20,000 nt of DNA from the IMG/VR virus record IMGVR_UViG_3300023171_000012. One strand, given 5' to 3'. The stretch is from an uncultured virus (IMG/VR IMGVR_UViG_3300023171_000012) (taxonomy: Duplodnaviria; Heunggongvirae; Uroviricota; Caudoviricetes). Shown here in pieces: positions 1 through 8,811 of this stretch. The notes under the pieces were generated by a model, which was not told the DNA's origin, did not search any database, and saw only the letters and a program-made list of their open reading frames with translations. How positions within the stretch are numbered: position 1 is the stretch's first letter; every line of letters begins with the position of its first letter. A program made the translations under genes and the position numbers.

Positions 1-105
1 CCATCCAATACACCTACCGACTAACACTGAAACACGATGAAATTGATCCTTGACACCACCCCGTCCGCGTAGGATTCTCCCCTCGCTGTTTCATGTGTGT
101 ATCTG

Positions 106-147
106 AGACCCGTCTGTGCTTCCCTTAGTGCAGGCGGGTTTTTCTTT
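106..147 (+). terminator. Rho-independent terminator of the upstream transcription unit
   Basis: AGACCCGTCTGTGCT pairs with AGTGCAGGCGGGTTT (several G-U pairs), followed by a T-rich tract. Confidence 0.65.
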
Positions 148-149
148 AC

Positions 150-178
150 TTGACGACACCCCTACAATCTTGCAATCT
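150..178 (+). promoter_or_regulatory. Sigma70-like promoter (TTGACG-N17-CAATCT)
   Basis: -35 TTGACG at 150-155, 17-nt spacer, -10-like CAATCT at 173-178; lies just before ATG 187; spacer motif is shared with the promoter at 4312. Confidence 0.6.
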
Positions 179-186
179 GACGCCAG

Positions 187-450
187 ATGAATGTTGAACA
201 GTCCCTGCGTGAGATCACACGCCGCACCCCCAAGCCCCCGAATGTCCGTGCGGGACATGGCCAATGGATCGACCCCGCCCGCGTGGTCCAGGGACTTGTG
301 GAGAAAGGCTGGAGTGTCTCCGACGCCGTGCGCGAGGTCATTGCCAGCCACAAGCTGCATCCACCGGACAAGGCATTCAAGGGCATCCGCGCCGCGTATT
401 ACGTCGTGGTGAAGCAGTCGAAGGAACCTGTTGAGGATTTTGAGGTATGA
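187..450 (+). CDS. Hypothetical basic protein (87 aa), possibly DNA-binding
   Basis: ORF directly after the promoter, phage-like codon usage, ATGA overlap with the next gene. Confidence 0.7.
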   Translation: MNVEQSLREITRRTPKPPNVRAGHGQWIDPARVVQGLVEKGWSVSDAVREVIASHKLHPPDKAFKGIRAAYYVVVKQSKEPVEDFEV

Positions 451-737
451 TGGACCCCGTGAATTGCGACTGGTGCCACTGCTCTTTCGTCCCTACGCCG
501 GACAGCTTCGTGGAGACAGGATTTGGTGTCTTCCCCGAGACCGAGGACTGGCAAGGCCCACAAGAGCCTGTCGGCGGTCTCGACATCACCAATATCCCTG
601 AAGAACAGAAAGCCGAATTAAAGGAAGCCATGCAGCTCGATGACGAGCAGCTCACCCAGCTTCTGAAGGAAGGCGTCATTGACAAGGAGACTTCCTGCCT
701 GTGCCCGGACTGTCTCGACACGGAGGGCTGCGACTGA
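447..737 (+). CDS. Hypothetical acidic Cys-rich (putative Zn-binding) protein
   Basis: N-terminal CDWCHC and C-terminal CLCPDC motifs; coupled to the upstream ORF. Confidence 0.7.
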   Translation: MMDPVNCDWCHCSFVPTPDSFVETGFGVFPETEDWQGPQEPVGGLDITNIPEEQKAELKEAMQLDDEQLTQLLKEGVIDKETSCLCPDCLDTEGCD

Positions 738-741
738 TTTT

Positions 742-1026
742 ATGAACCTACTCCCTGACCCCACACCCGAAGGCATCGCCTGCCTCGACGATTCCTATGC
801 GTATGCCCTCATCGGCCGCACGATCCACCCTGACGGCGAGACCCGGTTCTGCTACTCCCTGAGCAAGATGCTCAAGCGCGAGAATGTGGCTCCGGCGGAG
901 ATCTTCAAGCTCGTCCAGGAGGTCACTGCGGATCTCGGCGACCGTGCTCCGCTGTTCATCGACGACTCTGTTTCCACCGAGGAGAAGGTAAGGATTCTCG
1001 GACCTTCGGGGGAATTGCTGAACTGA
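742..1026 (+). CDS. Hypothetical phage protein (94 aa; start at ATG 742, MNLLPDP...)
   Basis: In-frame ATG 4 nt after the upstream stop; stop lies 2 nt before the terminase start. Confidence 0.7.
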   Translation: MNLLPDPTPEGIACLDDSYAYALIGRTIHPDGETRFCYSLSKMLKRENVAPAEIFKLVQEVTADLGDRAPLFIDDSVSTEEKVRILGPSGELLN

Positions 1027-1028
1027 GT

Positions 1029-4000
1029 ATGAGCAGAGGAAGACCACCTAAGATTACCCCCGCACCTGCGCTGAACTATTACGGTTTGGAGCGGTTGGGG
1101 TATGCCAGTGCAATCCCCCTGACAGGTGACTATTTTGCAGATCAGCTCACTATTGAGTTTATCTGCTTTCGTATTTCACATCGTCGGAGTGAAGGCGGTC
1201 TGGATAGGTTTGGGCACATGAAGAAGGGCATCGACCTTCTTTACAATAACCCGGATCGGCCCTCCATGAAGTCGCTGGTCTGGAACCCTTGGGCCGAGCG
1301 CATGATGAGGAAAGCCTGTGAGTGCTCAGAGCTTTCGGTCGCTGGCCCGACCTCCGCTGGAAAATGCTGGTCCCCTGAAACGCCCATTCTCCGATTTGAT
1401 GGCACAATATGCCGGGCTGATGAAGTTCGGCCGGGGGATCTTCTCATGGGCGATGACAGTCAGCCGCGAACCGTCCAAGAAGTGCATTCGGGAACCGGCC
1501 CGATGTATCAGGTCACACCAATTCAAGGCGAACCATGGAGATGTACACCCGAGCATGTTCTCGTCTTGAAGAGAGCCTTCGCTCCTAAAAAATGCTGGAG
1601 ACGCGTGGGGGAGATTACAGAAGTATCGGCAGAGGATTATTTCAATGCCAGCATTCAATTCAAACGACAACATAAGCAGTTCTGTGTTGGCGTGGAATTT
1701 CCTGAACAACCAGTCCCCTTCGATCCCCGTTTGCTTGGGATATGGCTCGGCGACGGACACTATCATGGCTGCCGCATTTCCATACCCGACATCGAGCCTG
1801 ACGTTCTAGCATACGTCCGTGAATGGGCAGGTCCCGCAGGGTATCAGGTTGTGGTTCCAAAAGATTGGAACCCCGGCTGCCCGAGCTACCCAATCTATCC
1901 AGTAAAACAGATAGAAGGTTTTGGGAGAGGCCGTAACCCGTTGGCTCAGTTTTTCAAAAGCAATATACGGGATGGAGAGAAACGCATCCGTCCCGAGTAT
2001 CTCATCAATTCCCGGAAAGTCCGGCTGGAGCTTCTTGCCGGGTTGCTTGACACGGATGGGCATGCTGCCGGGACATACTTTGAAATAGCCACAAAGTATG
2101 GAGGGTTGAAAGATGATATTCTTTTCTTGGCACGATCTCTCGGATTTCGTGTGACGGCGACACACCGCTTGGCAACATGCCAGGGGAAAAAATTCCCATC
2201 TTGGAGAATCAATATCATGGGGGAGCTGTCGGAGATTCCTACTCTTCGGAAGAAGTGCCGAGACAAAACTCTCCGGGTGAATTCAGACCAGACAGGAATC
2301 ACGGTCTCCAAGGTGGAAGATGGCCCTTGGGTCGGCTTCTCCGTGGACGGGAATCACCGGCTCCTGCTTGGAGACTTCACTGTGAGTCACAATTCAGACC
2401 CTTACGCCGCGTATGCCCTGTTCAGCTATATTGCGGACCCGACACACACCAAAGTCCTCATCATGTCCACCACGTTGGACGGTGCGAAGCTGCGGATCTG
2501 GAAAACTTTCCGAGAATATGTGTCCGCGCTGCCCAATCTTCCGGGAAAACCTCAATGGAGCACCAACCGGATTCAGGGGCCAAATTACGCAGGAGATGGC
2601 TACGGCGATTCCTCCGGGGTTATGCTTCTGGCATCTGAAAAGTCTCGGGAGAGGGATGCCTTGGAAAAGATGCTGGGGATCAAGGCCCCCATGACAGGTC
2701 GGCCGGACAAGACTTTCGAGGCTCTGAAAGCTCGACCGGAGTTTGCCGATCTCGCAGAACAGTTCGATGATGAGTATCTTGAAGACCTGCTCCCCCGCTT
2801 GGCCAATCTCACAGATGACCGCGCCGGGAAGTTGATCTTAATCGTCGATGAAGCAACAGGACTCTCTGAATCCCTACTCCAAGCGATCAACCTGAACATG
2901 AAGCCCGGCAACGCCGGAAACCTTCAGGTCATTATGATTGCCAACCCGCATCTACATTGGGACGCCCACGGAATTTTCAGTGAACCAAAAGTCGGGTGGG
3001 AGAATATCACTATCGACGATGAGGAGTGGGAGACAAAAACCGGAGGAACTTGCATCCGATTCAACGGTGAAAAGAACCCGCGTCTCACAGAGAAGAACGA
3101 GCGATATGTCTGGATGCTTTCCCAGCAACGGATCGAAGATATTGCCCGCGACTCCGGCGGAAAAGGCAGTATCGGGTACTGGCGAATGGTTTTAGGGGCC
3201 TGGCTACCACAAGGTTCTGATTCGGGCATTTACAGCCAAGCAGACATCGAGCAGGCGGGAGCGATGAAGAAGGCGGTTTGGGGGTTCAGGCCACCAATCA
3301 TAATTTCCGCGCTGGATACCGCCTACACCAGCGGCGGGGACAAATCGAGCTGTTCATTCTTCAATTTTGGGCTTGATACCGAAGGCATCCAGACCTTGGA
3401 GCTTATCGAGCAAATCGCCATCAAGACGGACATCAATGACCTGAGCCGCCCGATTAGCTACCAGATGGTCCATAACTGGCGGAAAGAGTGCAAGGCTCGC
3501 GGTGTGCTGCCGGAGCATGCTTGCTTCGATTCCACTGGTGGCGGGATCTCATTCGCGGACATCGTGAAAACCCAATGGTCTTCTCAAGTGCTCGGAATCA
3601 GCGCAGGCGGCAAAGCCCCGAAGGTTGCCGTCGGCAGTGAAAAAGACCGCGATGGCAAGCCTGTGCTGGCCTCTGACCGCTTCTTCAACAGAGCCACCCA
3701 GTTGTGGCTTGGAGCGATGCCGTTCCTGCGCTCCGGCCAGATAAAAGGTATCCCCATGGCACTCGCCAAGGAAATCATCTCCAGGCAGTATGACAAGACC
3801 GGAGCTGCCGACGGACGGACGCTGAAGATCGAAGGAAAAAGAATTTTCAAGTCGCGGGAGAAGCACTCTCCCGATGATTCAGACAGCTTCTTCCTCGGCA
3901 TCGAGTTGGCGAAGGTCCGTCTCGGATTCAAACCTTCGGAACAAGCGGCAGCACCTGAAATGGTGACAGGCCGAAGTGGTGTCGGAACGTGGAAAGCGTT

Positions 4001-4046
4001 TTGCAACAAAGCCCGGCGCATCACGACGAAAAGAGGTCTCCAATGA
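1029..4046 (+). CDS. terL: Terminase large subunit, intein-containing
   Basis: Walker A GPTSAGK|S split by an intein, Walker B LILIVDEA, C-terminal RNase H-like nuclease acidic motifs (ALDTAYTSGGD, FDSTGGG, SPDDSDS); lies upstream of the portal-like gene. Confidence 0.9.
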   Translation: MSRGRPPKITPAPALNYYGLERLGYASAIPLTGDYFADQLTIEFICFRISHRRSEGGLDRFGHMKKGIDLLYNNPDRPSMKSLVWNPWAERMMRKACECSELSVAGPTSAGKCWSPETPILRFDGTICRADEVRPGDLLMGDDSQPRTVQEVHSGTGPMYQVTPIQGEPWRCTPEHVLVLKRAFAPKKCWRRVGEITEVSAEDYFNASIQFKRQHKQFCVGVEFPEQPVPFDPRLLGIWLGDGHYHGCRISIPDIEPDVLAYVREWAGPAGYQVVVPKDWNPGCPSYPIYPVKQIEGFGRGRNPLAQFFKSNIRDGEKRIRPEYLINSRKVRLELLAGLLDTDGHAAGTYFEIATKYGGLKDDILFLARSLGFRVTATHRLATCQGKKFPSWRINIMGELSEIPTLRKKCRDKTLRVNSDQTGITVSKVEDGPWVGFSVDGNHRLLLGDFTVSHNSDPYAAYALFSYIADPTHTKVLIMSTTLDGAKLRIWKTFREYVSALPNLPGKPQWSTNRIQGPNYAGDGYGDSSGVMLLASEKSRERDALEKMLGIKAPMTGRPDKTFEALKARPEFADLAEQFDDEYLEDLLPRLANLTDDRAGKLILIVDEATGLSESLLQAINLNMKPGNAGNLQVIMIANPHLHWDAHGIFSEPKVGWENITIDDEEWETKTGGTCIRFNGEKNPRLTEKNERYVWMLSQQRIEDIARDSGGKGSIGYWRMVLGAWLPQGSDSGIYSQADIEQAGAMKKAVWGFRPPIIISALDTAYTSGGDKSSCSFFNFGLDTEGIQTLELIEQIAIKTDINDLSRPISYQMVHNWRKECKARGVLPEHACFDSTGGGISFADIVKTQWSSQVLGISAGGKAPKVAVGSEKDRDGKPVLASDRFFNRATQLWLGAMPFLRSGQIKGIPMALAKEIISRQYDKTGAADGRTLKIEGKRIFKSREKHSPDDSDSFFLGIELAKVRLGFKPSEQAAAPEMVTGRSGVGTWKAFCNKARRITTKRGLQ
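1365..2393 (+). mobile_element. Intein (343 aa) with LAGLIDADG homing endonuclease
   Basis: Starts CWSPETPI, block B CTPEHVL, LAGLIDADG-like motifs LLGIWLGDG and LLAGLLDTDG, ends VSHN followed by Ser+1. Confidence 0.93.
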
Positions 4047-4303
4047 CCGAACAAGAAGCAGAAGAACTGATCCAGAGCACGGCAGCGAAGCTCGGCGAGC
4101 ATTTTGACGCCGTGCAGATTCTCGCTTCATGGACCGAAGAGGGGGCCACCACCTGCGTGAAGCGCGGAGCAGGCAACTGGTACGCCCGGCAGGGCATGTG
4201 CCATGAGTTCATCACTTCCAGCGTTTCCGAAGAAAATGCCGCAGCCCTTTCACGGGTTCTCCCACAGCCGCCGTCCGATGATTCCGACTCTTGGAAAGAC
4301 TGA
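4043..4303 (+). CDS. Hypothetical protein (86 aa; MTEQEAEE...)
   Basis: ATGA overlap with the terminase stop; globular-looking sequence (GEHFDAVQILAS...GNWYARQG). Confidence 0.75.
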   Translation: MTEQEAEELIQSTAAKLGEHFDAVQILASWTEEGATTCVKRGAGNWYARQGMCHEFITSSVSEENAAALSRVLPQPPSDDSDSWKD

Positions 4304-4311
4304 ATCAAACA

Positions 4312-4340
4312 TTGACAACCCTACAATCTTAAATCAATCT
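4312..4340 (+). promoter_or_regulatory. Sigma70-like promoter (TTGACA-N17-CAATCT)
   Basis: Consensus -35 at 4312-4317, 17-nt spacer containing CCCTACAATCTT, -10-like CAATCT at 4335-4340; in an intergenic gap. Confidence 0.65.
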
Positions 4341-4356
4341 TCGCGCCTCAACCAAC

Positions 4357-4968
4357 ATGGTAATCTGCATCCCTTTCCATCCGAACCTCACGGACTACCG
4401 CCAACTCGCCGCCGAACTGAAAAAGCGCGGCAACCTGAGCAACCACGTCCTGCTGGTGATCTCGGAAGCGGAGCATGAGGATGAAGCGTACCAGTTCGGC
4501 ACCGAAGTTGCGGATCTGTTCCTCAAATCCCTCTCGAAGACCCTGCCTGCCGTCGAACGTCGGAAAGCGCAGCTCGCCAATGACCTGTTCATCACCGCAG
4601 CCCGGTTCGTCTATCGTTACAAGGCCCAAGATGACGAAATCCCAGATCCCGCGCTGTTGTATTTCGATCCGACCTTCCGGCCGACGAAATCAGGCTGGCT
4701 CGATGCCATCCAGTCCGAGTATTACCTGATGCAGGCTCCGCAGATTTTCGGAGCTGCCACGGTGGACACCGAAGGTGCCAAGATCTTCAACGGTCCATTG
4801 GTGATTTCGAAGGAATTCGCCCCGAATTCGGGTCTTCTTGACTTTATCCCGGAAAATGTGCATTGGAGAACCCATCTGCGCTGGGAATTGACCAAGAATT
4901 CCCGTGAGACCCGTCTCATCGGACCAGGTGCCGAGTCAGTCCTCAAGCTGCCACCCGTCAAAAAATGA
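4357..4968 (+). CDS. Hypothetical protein, possibly a degenerate GT-A (glycosyltransferase-like) fold
   Basis: 203-aa ORF; N-terminal hydrophobic strand VICIPF, then LLVIS and LLYFDP...GWLDAIQSEY, a pattern reminiscent of GT-A folds; function is inferred. Confidence 0.6.
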   Translation: MVICIPFHPNLTDYRQLAAELKKRGNLSNHVLLVISEAEHEDEAYQFGTEVADLFLKSLSKTLPAVERRKAQLANDLFITAARFVYRYKAQDDEIPDPALLYFDPTFRPTKSGWLDAIQSEYYLMQAPQIFGAATVDTEGAKIFNGPLVISKEFAPNSGLLDFIPENVHWRTHLRWELTKNSRETRLIGPGAESVLKLPPVKK

Positions 4969-7244
4969 CCGACTCTGAAGAAACCACCTTCGCTCCATCC
5001 GTGAGCGACATGCCACTGCTCTCGATGTCCGAAACCGGAGCGGTGCCGAAAAGCCGTCTCTGTAAAGCCTCGGCCCAGCGGTCGATTTTCAAACGGATGT
5101 ATGAGGATGACCGCACCAATGCCTTCAACCGGGCGCAGATCCAGGATCTCCTCGACGGCGGCACTCCCTACTCCCAAGCGGAGCTGAACGAGGCCAACCA
5201 GCCGGACACCACCAATCTCAATTTCGGCGGAGCCGAGGAGCAGCTTGAGAAGGCCATGGCTCCTTACTACGACCTCGTGCAGTCGCCGGAGGACATTGTG
5301 TCCGTCTGCACCCTCCACGGGGCTGAAGAGAACCGCGCCGACTGGAATGCAGGTCTTTCCGAGGAAATCTCGCGCACCATCCGCGACGCCGAGCAGTTCA
5401 CTTTCCAGACCTCCCGTCTTGCCCAGAAGCACGTCTGGGATGGTGTCGGCGTCGGCTATTGGCCGGATGAACTCGATTGGCGGTACATCGGCTCCGGTCT
5501 CGGGCAGTTCTACTTCCCGCGCCAGTCCTTCGCCTGCGAGTCCGAACTCCCTGTGGTTTGTGCGATCCAGGAGATGACCGTGACCCAGCTCTACAAGAAG
5601 GTCGCCAACCAAGTCGAAGGCGAGGAGACCAAGAGCAAGTGGAACAAGAAAGCTGTCGAAGAAGCCATCAGAAAGGTCACGACGAATTCCCCGGACTACG
5701 CGAACTGGGAATACCTGATGGAGGAGATCAAGAACAACGATCTCGGAGTGGACAGCAGGACGCCGATGATCCGCCTGATCCACACGTGGGTCACGGAGTT
5801 CGACGGCAAGATCAGCCACCACATCACCACCGAGGAAGACCAAGGCACGGAAGTGTTCATCTACTGCTGCCACGGCAAGTATTCCGCGATGCGTCAGGCC
5901 CTCGTCATGTTCCCCTACGGACTGGGAACCAACACCAAGACCCACGGCATCCGGGGTCTCGGCTACAAGATTTATGCCTTCGAGCAGCAGCGCAACCGCT
6001 CGCTCTCCCGGCTCATCGACCAAGGCAATCTGGCTTCCAGTCTGATGATGCAAGCGGCGGACGAGAGTTCGCTCGCCAACATCGGTCTCCAGTATTTTGG
6101 CAACCTCGCCGTCATCCCGCCGAATGTTACCATCGCGGATTACACGCCGCCGGATCTCTCCAAAACGGTCATGCCCGTGCTCGGCGAGATGGAGCGTCTC
6201 CGCAACAACCGCACCGCTGGATACAGCTCCGAGGCCGCGTTCGACGGCGACCAGCGCAAGACCAAGTTCGAGATTTCCTCGCAGCTTCAGCAGAACGCCG
6301 CGCTCTCCGACACCCAGCTCGATTTCTGGAACGTGCCATTCAACCGCCTGCTCCAGGAGACCGTGCGGCGCATGGCCCGTCGCAACTTCGTCCCGATGGA
6401 CCCGGGCGGTCAGGAGATCGCCGAGCTGCGTCTGCGGCTCACCAAGCGGGGCATCCCACTCGAAGCCCTCTTCAAGCTCGACTTCAAGGCCACCAAGCTC
6501 GTCCCTGCCATCGGCGCGGGTAGCGCATCGGCCCGCACGCTCAAACTGGAGAAGATGGAAGTCCTGCGCCCCCGCATGGATGATGTCGGCCGGGCCAACC
6601 TCGACCGCGACCTTGCCACCGACACCGTGGGTGCCGAACGGGCCAACCGTTACTTCCCCAAGGACCAGCAACCCCGCTTCACCTACGACACGTCCATCGC
6701 CATCCTCCAGAATGGTCAGTTGCTCAACGGCATCGAAGTCCCGGTCCTCCCCGGCGACAAGCACCTCGCCCAAGCGCGGGAGCACATCAAGCCGTTGCTC
6801 GAAGGCTTCCAAGCCGAACAGCAGGGACTGGTACCAATCGAAGAATTTGCCGACGGTTCCCGTCTGCTGTTCCTCCACACCGTCGAACACGTCGATATGG
6901 TGGAGAACGACCCGGCATCCGCCGAGGAAGCCGCAGCACTGCGCCAGGCACTCCAGCAGATCGGGGAAGTGGTGTCGAACGGACTCCGCAAGATCCAAGC
7001 CGCAGAGGCCGATGCCCAGGAAGAAGGCGACCCTGCGGCCGCACAAGACATCGCCGAGGTAGAGATGTCCCGCGAGAAGCTCCGCCAGTCGCAAGAAGCC
7101 CACAGTCTAAAGCTCCAGCAGATGCAGGAGACAGCCCAGTTGAAGAACGAACTGACAGTTCAGTCTTCAAGGGTCAAGGACGCGATTGCCGATGCCCGTG
7201 AAGCGGCGAACATCCGCCGCACACCCAAGAAACCAGCAAAATGA
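4965..7244 (+). CDS. Probable portal protein (759 aa)
   Basis: Size, helical character, Q/E/A-rich coiled-coil C-terminus, position between terminase and scaffold/capsid; strong GC3 codon bias. Confidence 0.7.
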   Translation: MTDSEETTFAPSVSDMPLLSMSETGAVPKSRLCKASAQRSIFKRMYEDDRTNAFNRAQIQDLLDGGTPYSQAELNEANQPDTTNLNFGGAEEQLEKAMAPYYDLVQSPEDIVSVCTLHGAEENRADWNAGLSEEISRTIRDAEQFTFQTSRLAQKHVWDGVGVGYWPDELDWRYIGSGLGQFYFPRQSFACESELPVVCAIQEMTVTQLYKKVANQVEGEETKSKWNKKAVEEAIRKVTTNSPDYANWEYLMEEIKNNDLGVDSRTPMIRLIHTWVTEFDGKISHHITTEEDQGTEVFIYCCHGKYSAMRQALVMFPYGLGTNTKTHGIRGLGYKIYAFEQQRNRSLSRLIDQGNLASSLMMQAADESSLANIGLQYFGNLAVIPPNVTIADYTPPDLSKTVMPVLGEMERLRNNRTAGYSSEAAFDGDQRKTKFEISSQLQQNAALSDTQLDFWNVPFNRLLQETVRRMARRNFVPMDPGGQEIAELRLRLTKRGIPLEALFKLDFKATKLVPAIGAGSASARTLKLEKMEVLRPRMDDVGRANLDRDLATDTVGAERANRYFPKDQQPRFTYDTSIAILQNGQLLNGIEVPVLPGDKHLAQAREHIKPLLEGFQAEQQGLVPIEEFADGSRLLFLHTVEHVDMVENDPASAEEAAALRQALQQIGEVVSNGLRKIQAAEADAQEEGDPAAAQDIAEVEMSREKLRQSQEAHSLKLQQMQETAQLKNELTVQSSRVKDAIADAREAANIRRTPKKPAK

Positions 7245-7528
7245 CTCCCGAAGAATTCCAAAGCTCCGAGACTCATCGGACCGAACTTGCCATCCTTTTG
7301 AAGAATCCGATTCTCAAGGATGCGTTTGCCGCGCTGAAGTCCGAACTGGAACCCTCCTCCGGCAACAATGCCGTCGGCAACCCTGTGGTGGGGGCCTCGC
7401 GTTTCCAGCAGATCGCCGGAGCCAATCACATCATCAACGGGCTGGATGGGCTGACGAAGCCATACACCAAGCCCAAGAAACTCGTCGGCAAGACTCTCCG
7501 TCATGAAGACACACCTGAACTAACCTAA
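7241..7528 (+). CDS. Hypothetical head-module protein (95 aa)
   Basis: ATGA-coupled to the portal; small helical protein at a position typical between portal and scaffold. Confidence 0.75.
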   Translation: MTPEEFQSSETHRTELAILLKNPILKDAFAALKSELEPSSGNNAVGNPVVGASRFQQIAGANHIINGLDGLTKPYTKPKKLVGKTLRHEDTPELT

Positions 7529-7532
7529 TTTT

Positions 7533-8651
7533 ATGCCTGATCCAGACCCCATTGATGAAGCCTTTGCCAACCTCGCCGCGAGTTCACCCGAACCCGTTGC
7601 AGAGGGGCCGAACGCATTCCTTGAAAACTTCGCGGAGCTTCCTTCCGCCGATGAACCCGCAAAACCCGATGACACACCTACGCCGACTGAAACGAAGCCT
7701 GATGCGGACACTGACACCGATGGCTTTCCTGACGAACCGCCGAACAAGTCTTCGGAATCCGCCGGAAATGTCTGGAAAGGTCTGAAGACCGAGCTGAAGA
7801 AGACCAAAGCCGACCTCCGCGCCGAGCGGGATACCAAGGCCCAAGAACTCGCCGCCCGCGACACCGAGCTGAACGAGCTGCGGGAGAAGACTTCCAAGCT
7901 GCCTGATCTGGAGCAGAAAGCCGCCTTCGTCGAAGAAGCCGAACGGAAGATTGCCATTCTCGATGTCAAACAATCCCGTGAATACAAGCAGGCCATCGAA
8001 GCCCCGCTTGACGCCATCGACGCTGCGGCCGAGATCATCGCCAAGGCGAACGAGGTCAAGCTGACCGATCTCCAAGATGCCATCATGGAAGCCGATCCGG
8101 TGAAACGCCGGGAATTGCTCCGCACGGTCGTTGCTGACATGGACGACGTGGACAAGGCCGAAGTCATCCAGATGGCGAAGGACACCCAAATCATCCTTGC
8201 CCGTGAGCGCGAGATGAGTTCCAGAGCCTTCGAGGCTCGCAAGGAGTTGGAAGCCATCACCAAGGAGAATGAGACCAAAGCCCAGGAAGCCGCTCGCAAG
8301 ACCTTCGAGACGGCTACTGAAAATTCGGTCGCAGAACTCCGCAAGCGTGTCCCGTTCGCAGAACTCACCGCCGGGGAGACCGCCGACGGTGTTTTCGGGA
8401 ATGTCCTGACGAAAGCAAAAGCCGTGAATCTCGACACCGCCACTCCGGCGGTCAAGGCATTCGCCGCCGCCGCCGGTATCTTGCTCCCCCGGGTCGTGGC
8501 TCAGTACGTCGCTGCTCAAGCGGAGATCAAGACCCTGAAAGCCCGTATTGCCGGAGAAAATGCCGACCTTCCCCGGGTCAGTGGTGATCCGACACCGACG
8601 CTGAATCAAAGCAAGGAAGTCGATTTTGCGAATTTCACACTTCCCACTTGA
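7533..8651 (+). CDS. Probable capsid scaffolding protein (372 aa)
   Basis: Acidic, Pro-rich disordered N-terminus followed by a long A/E/K coiled coil; upstream of the capsid gene. Confidence 0.65.
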   Translation: MPDPDPIDEAFANLAASSPEPVAEGPNAFLENFAELPSADEPAKPDDTPTPTETKPDADTDTDGFPDEPPNKSSESAGNVWKGLKTELKKTKADLRAERDTKAQELAARDTELNELREKTSKLPDLEQKAAFVEEAERKIAILDVKQSREYKQAIEAPLDAIDAAAEIIAKANEVKLTDLQDAIMEADPVKRRELLRTVVADMDDVDKAEVIQMAKDTQIILAREREMSSRAFEARKELEAITKENETKAQEAARKTFETATENSVAELRKRVPFAELTAGETADGVFGNVLTKAKAVNLDTATPAVKAFAAAAGILLPRVVAQYVAAQAEIKTLKARIAGENADLPRVSGDPTPTLNQSKEVDFANFTLPT

Positions 8652-8679
8652 CGGCACTGCAAGGATGTAGTGTTGTCGG

Positions 8680-8806
8680 GGTGTCAGCAGAGGACACCAC
8701 TTCGCTGCGCTGTTCGTTAAAGGCAGTCACCGGAAAAACAGATTCGTCTGCCGGGACCGAGCTGCGAACAGCGGCACAATTTTTAGAACATAGCGGGTAT
8801 CCCCGC
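8680..8806 (+). ncRNA. Structured leader/small RNA upstream of tmRNA (unassigned)
   Basis: Hairpin GGTGTC/GACACC; long imperfect hairpin GCTGTTCG...CGAACAGC with inner CCGG/CCGG and CAGA-TTCG-TCTG; hairpin GCGGG/CCCGC. Confidence 0.4.
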
Positions 8807-8811
8807 AACCA

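Noticed and set aside
5477..7062. Long alternative-frame + strand ORFs inside the portal gene
   Set aside because: R/P/S-rich translations typical of off-frame reading in GC-rich genes.
4722..7103. 793-aa minus-strand ORF (likewise 7584-8657, 7520-8455, 10328-11374, 11765-12517, 15678-16526)
   Set aside because: Antisense shadows of strongly codon-biased + strand genes; no protein-like motifs.
8648..8673. Promoter TTGACG...TAGTGT for the RNA island
   Set aside because: The spacer is only 14 nt and the 17-nt position gives a poor -10; possible but unsupported.
8716..8810. Cobalamin riboswitch-like words (TTAAAGG...CCGG...CCCCGCAAC)
   Set aside because: Lacks the GGGAA and B12-box spacing, and the downstream gene is a tmRNA.
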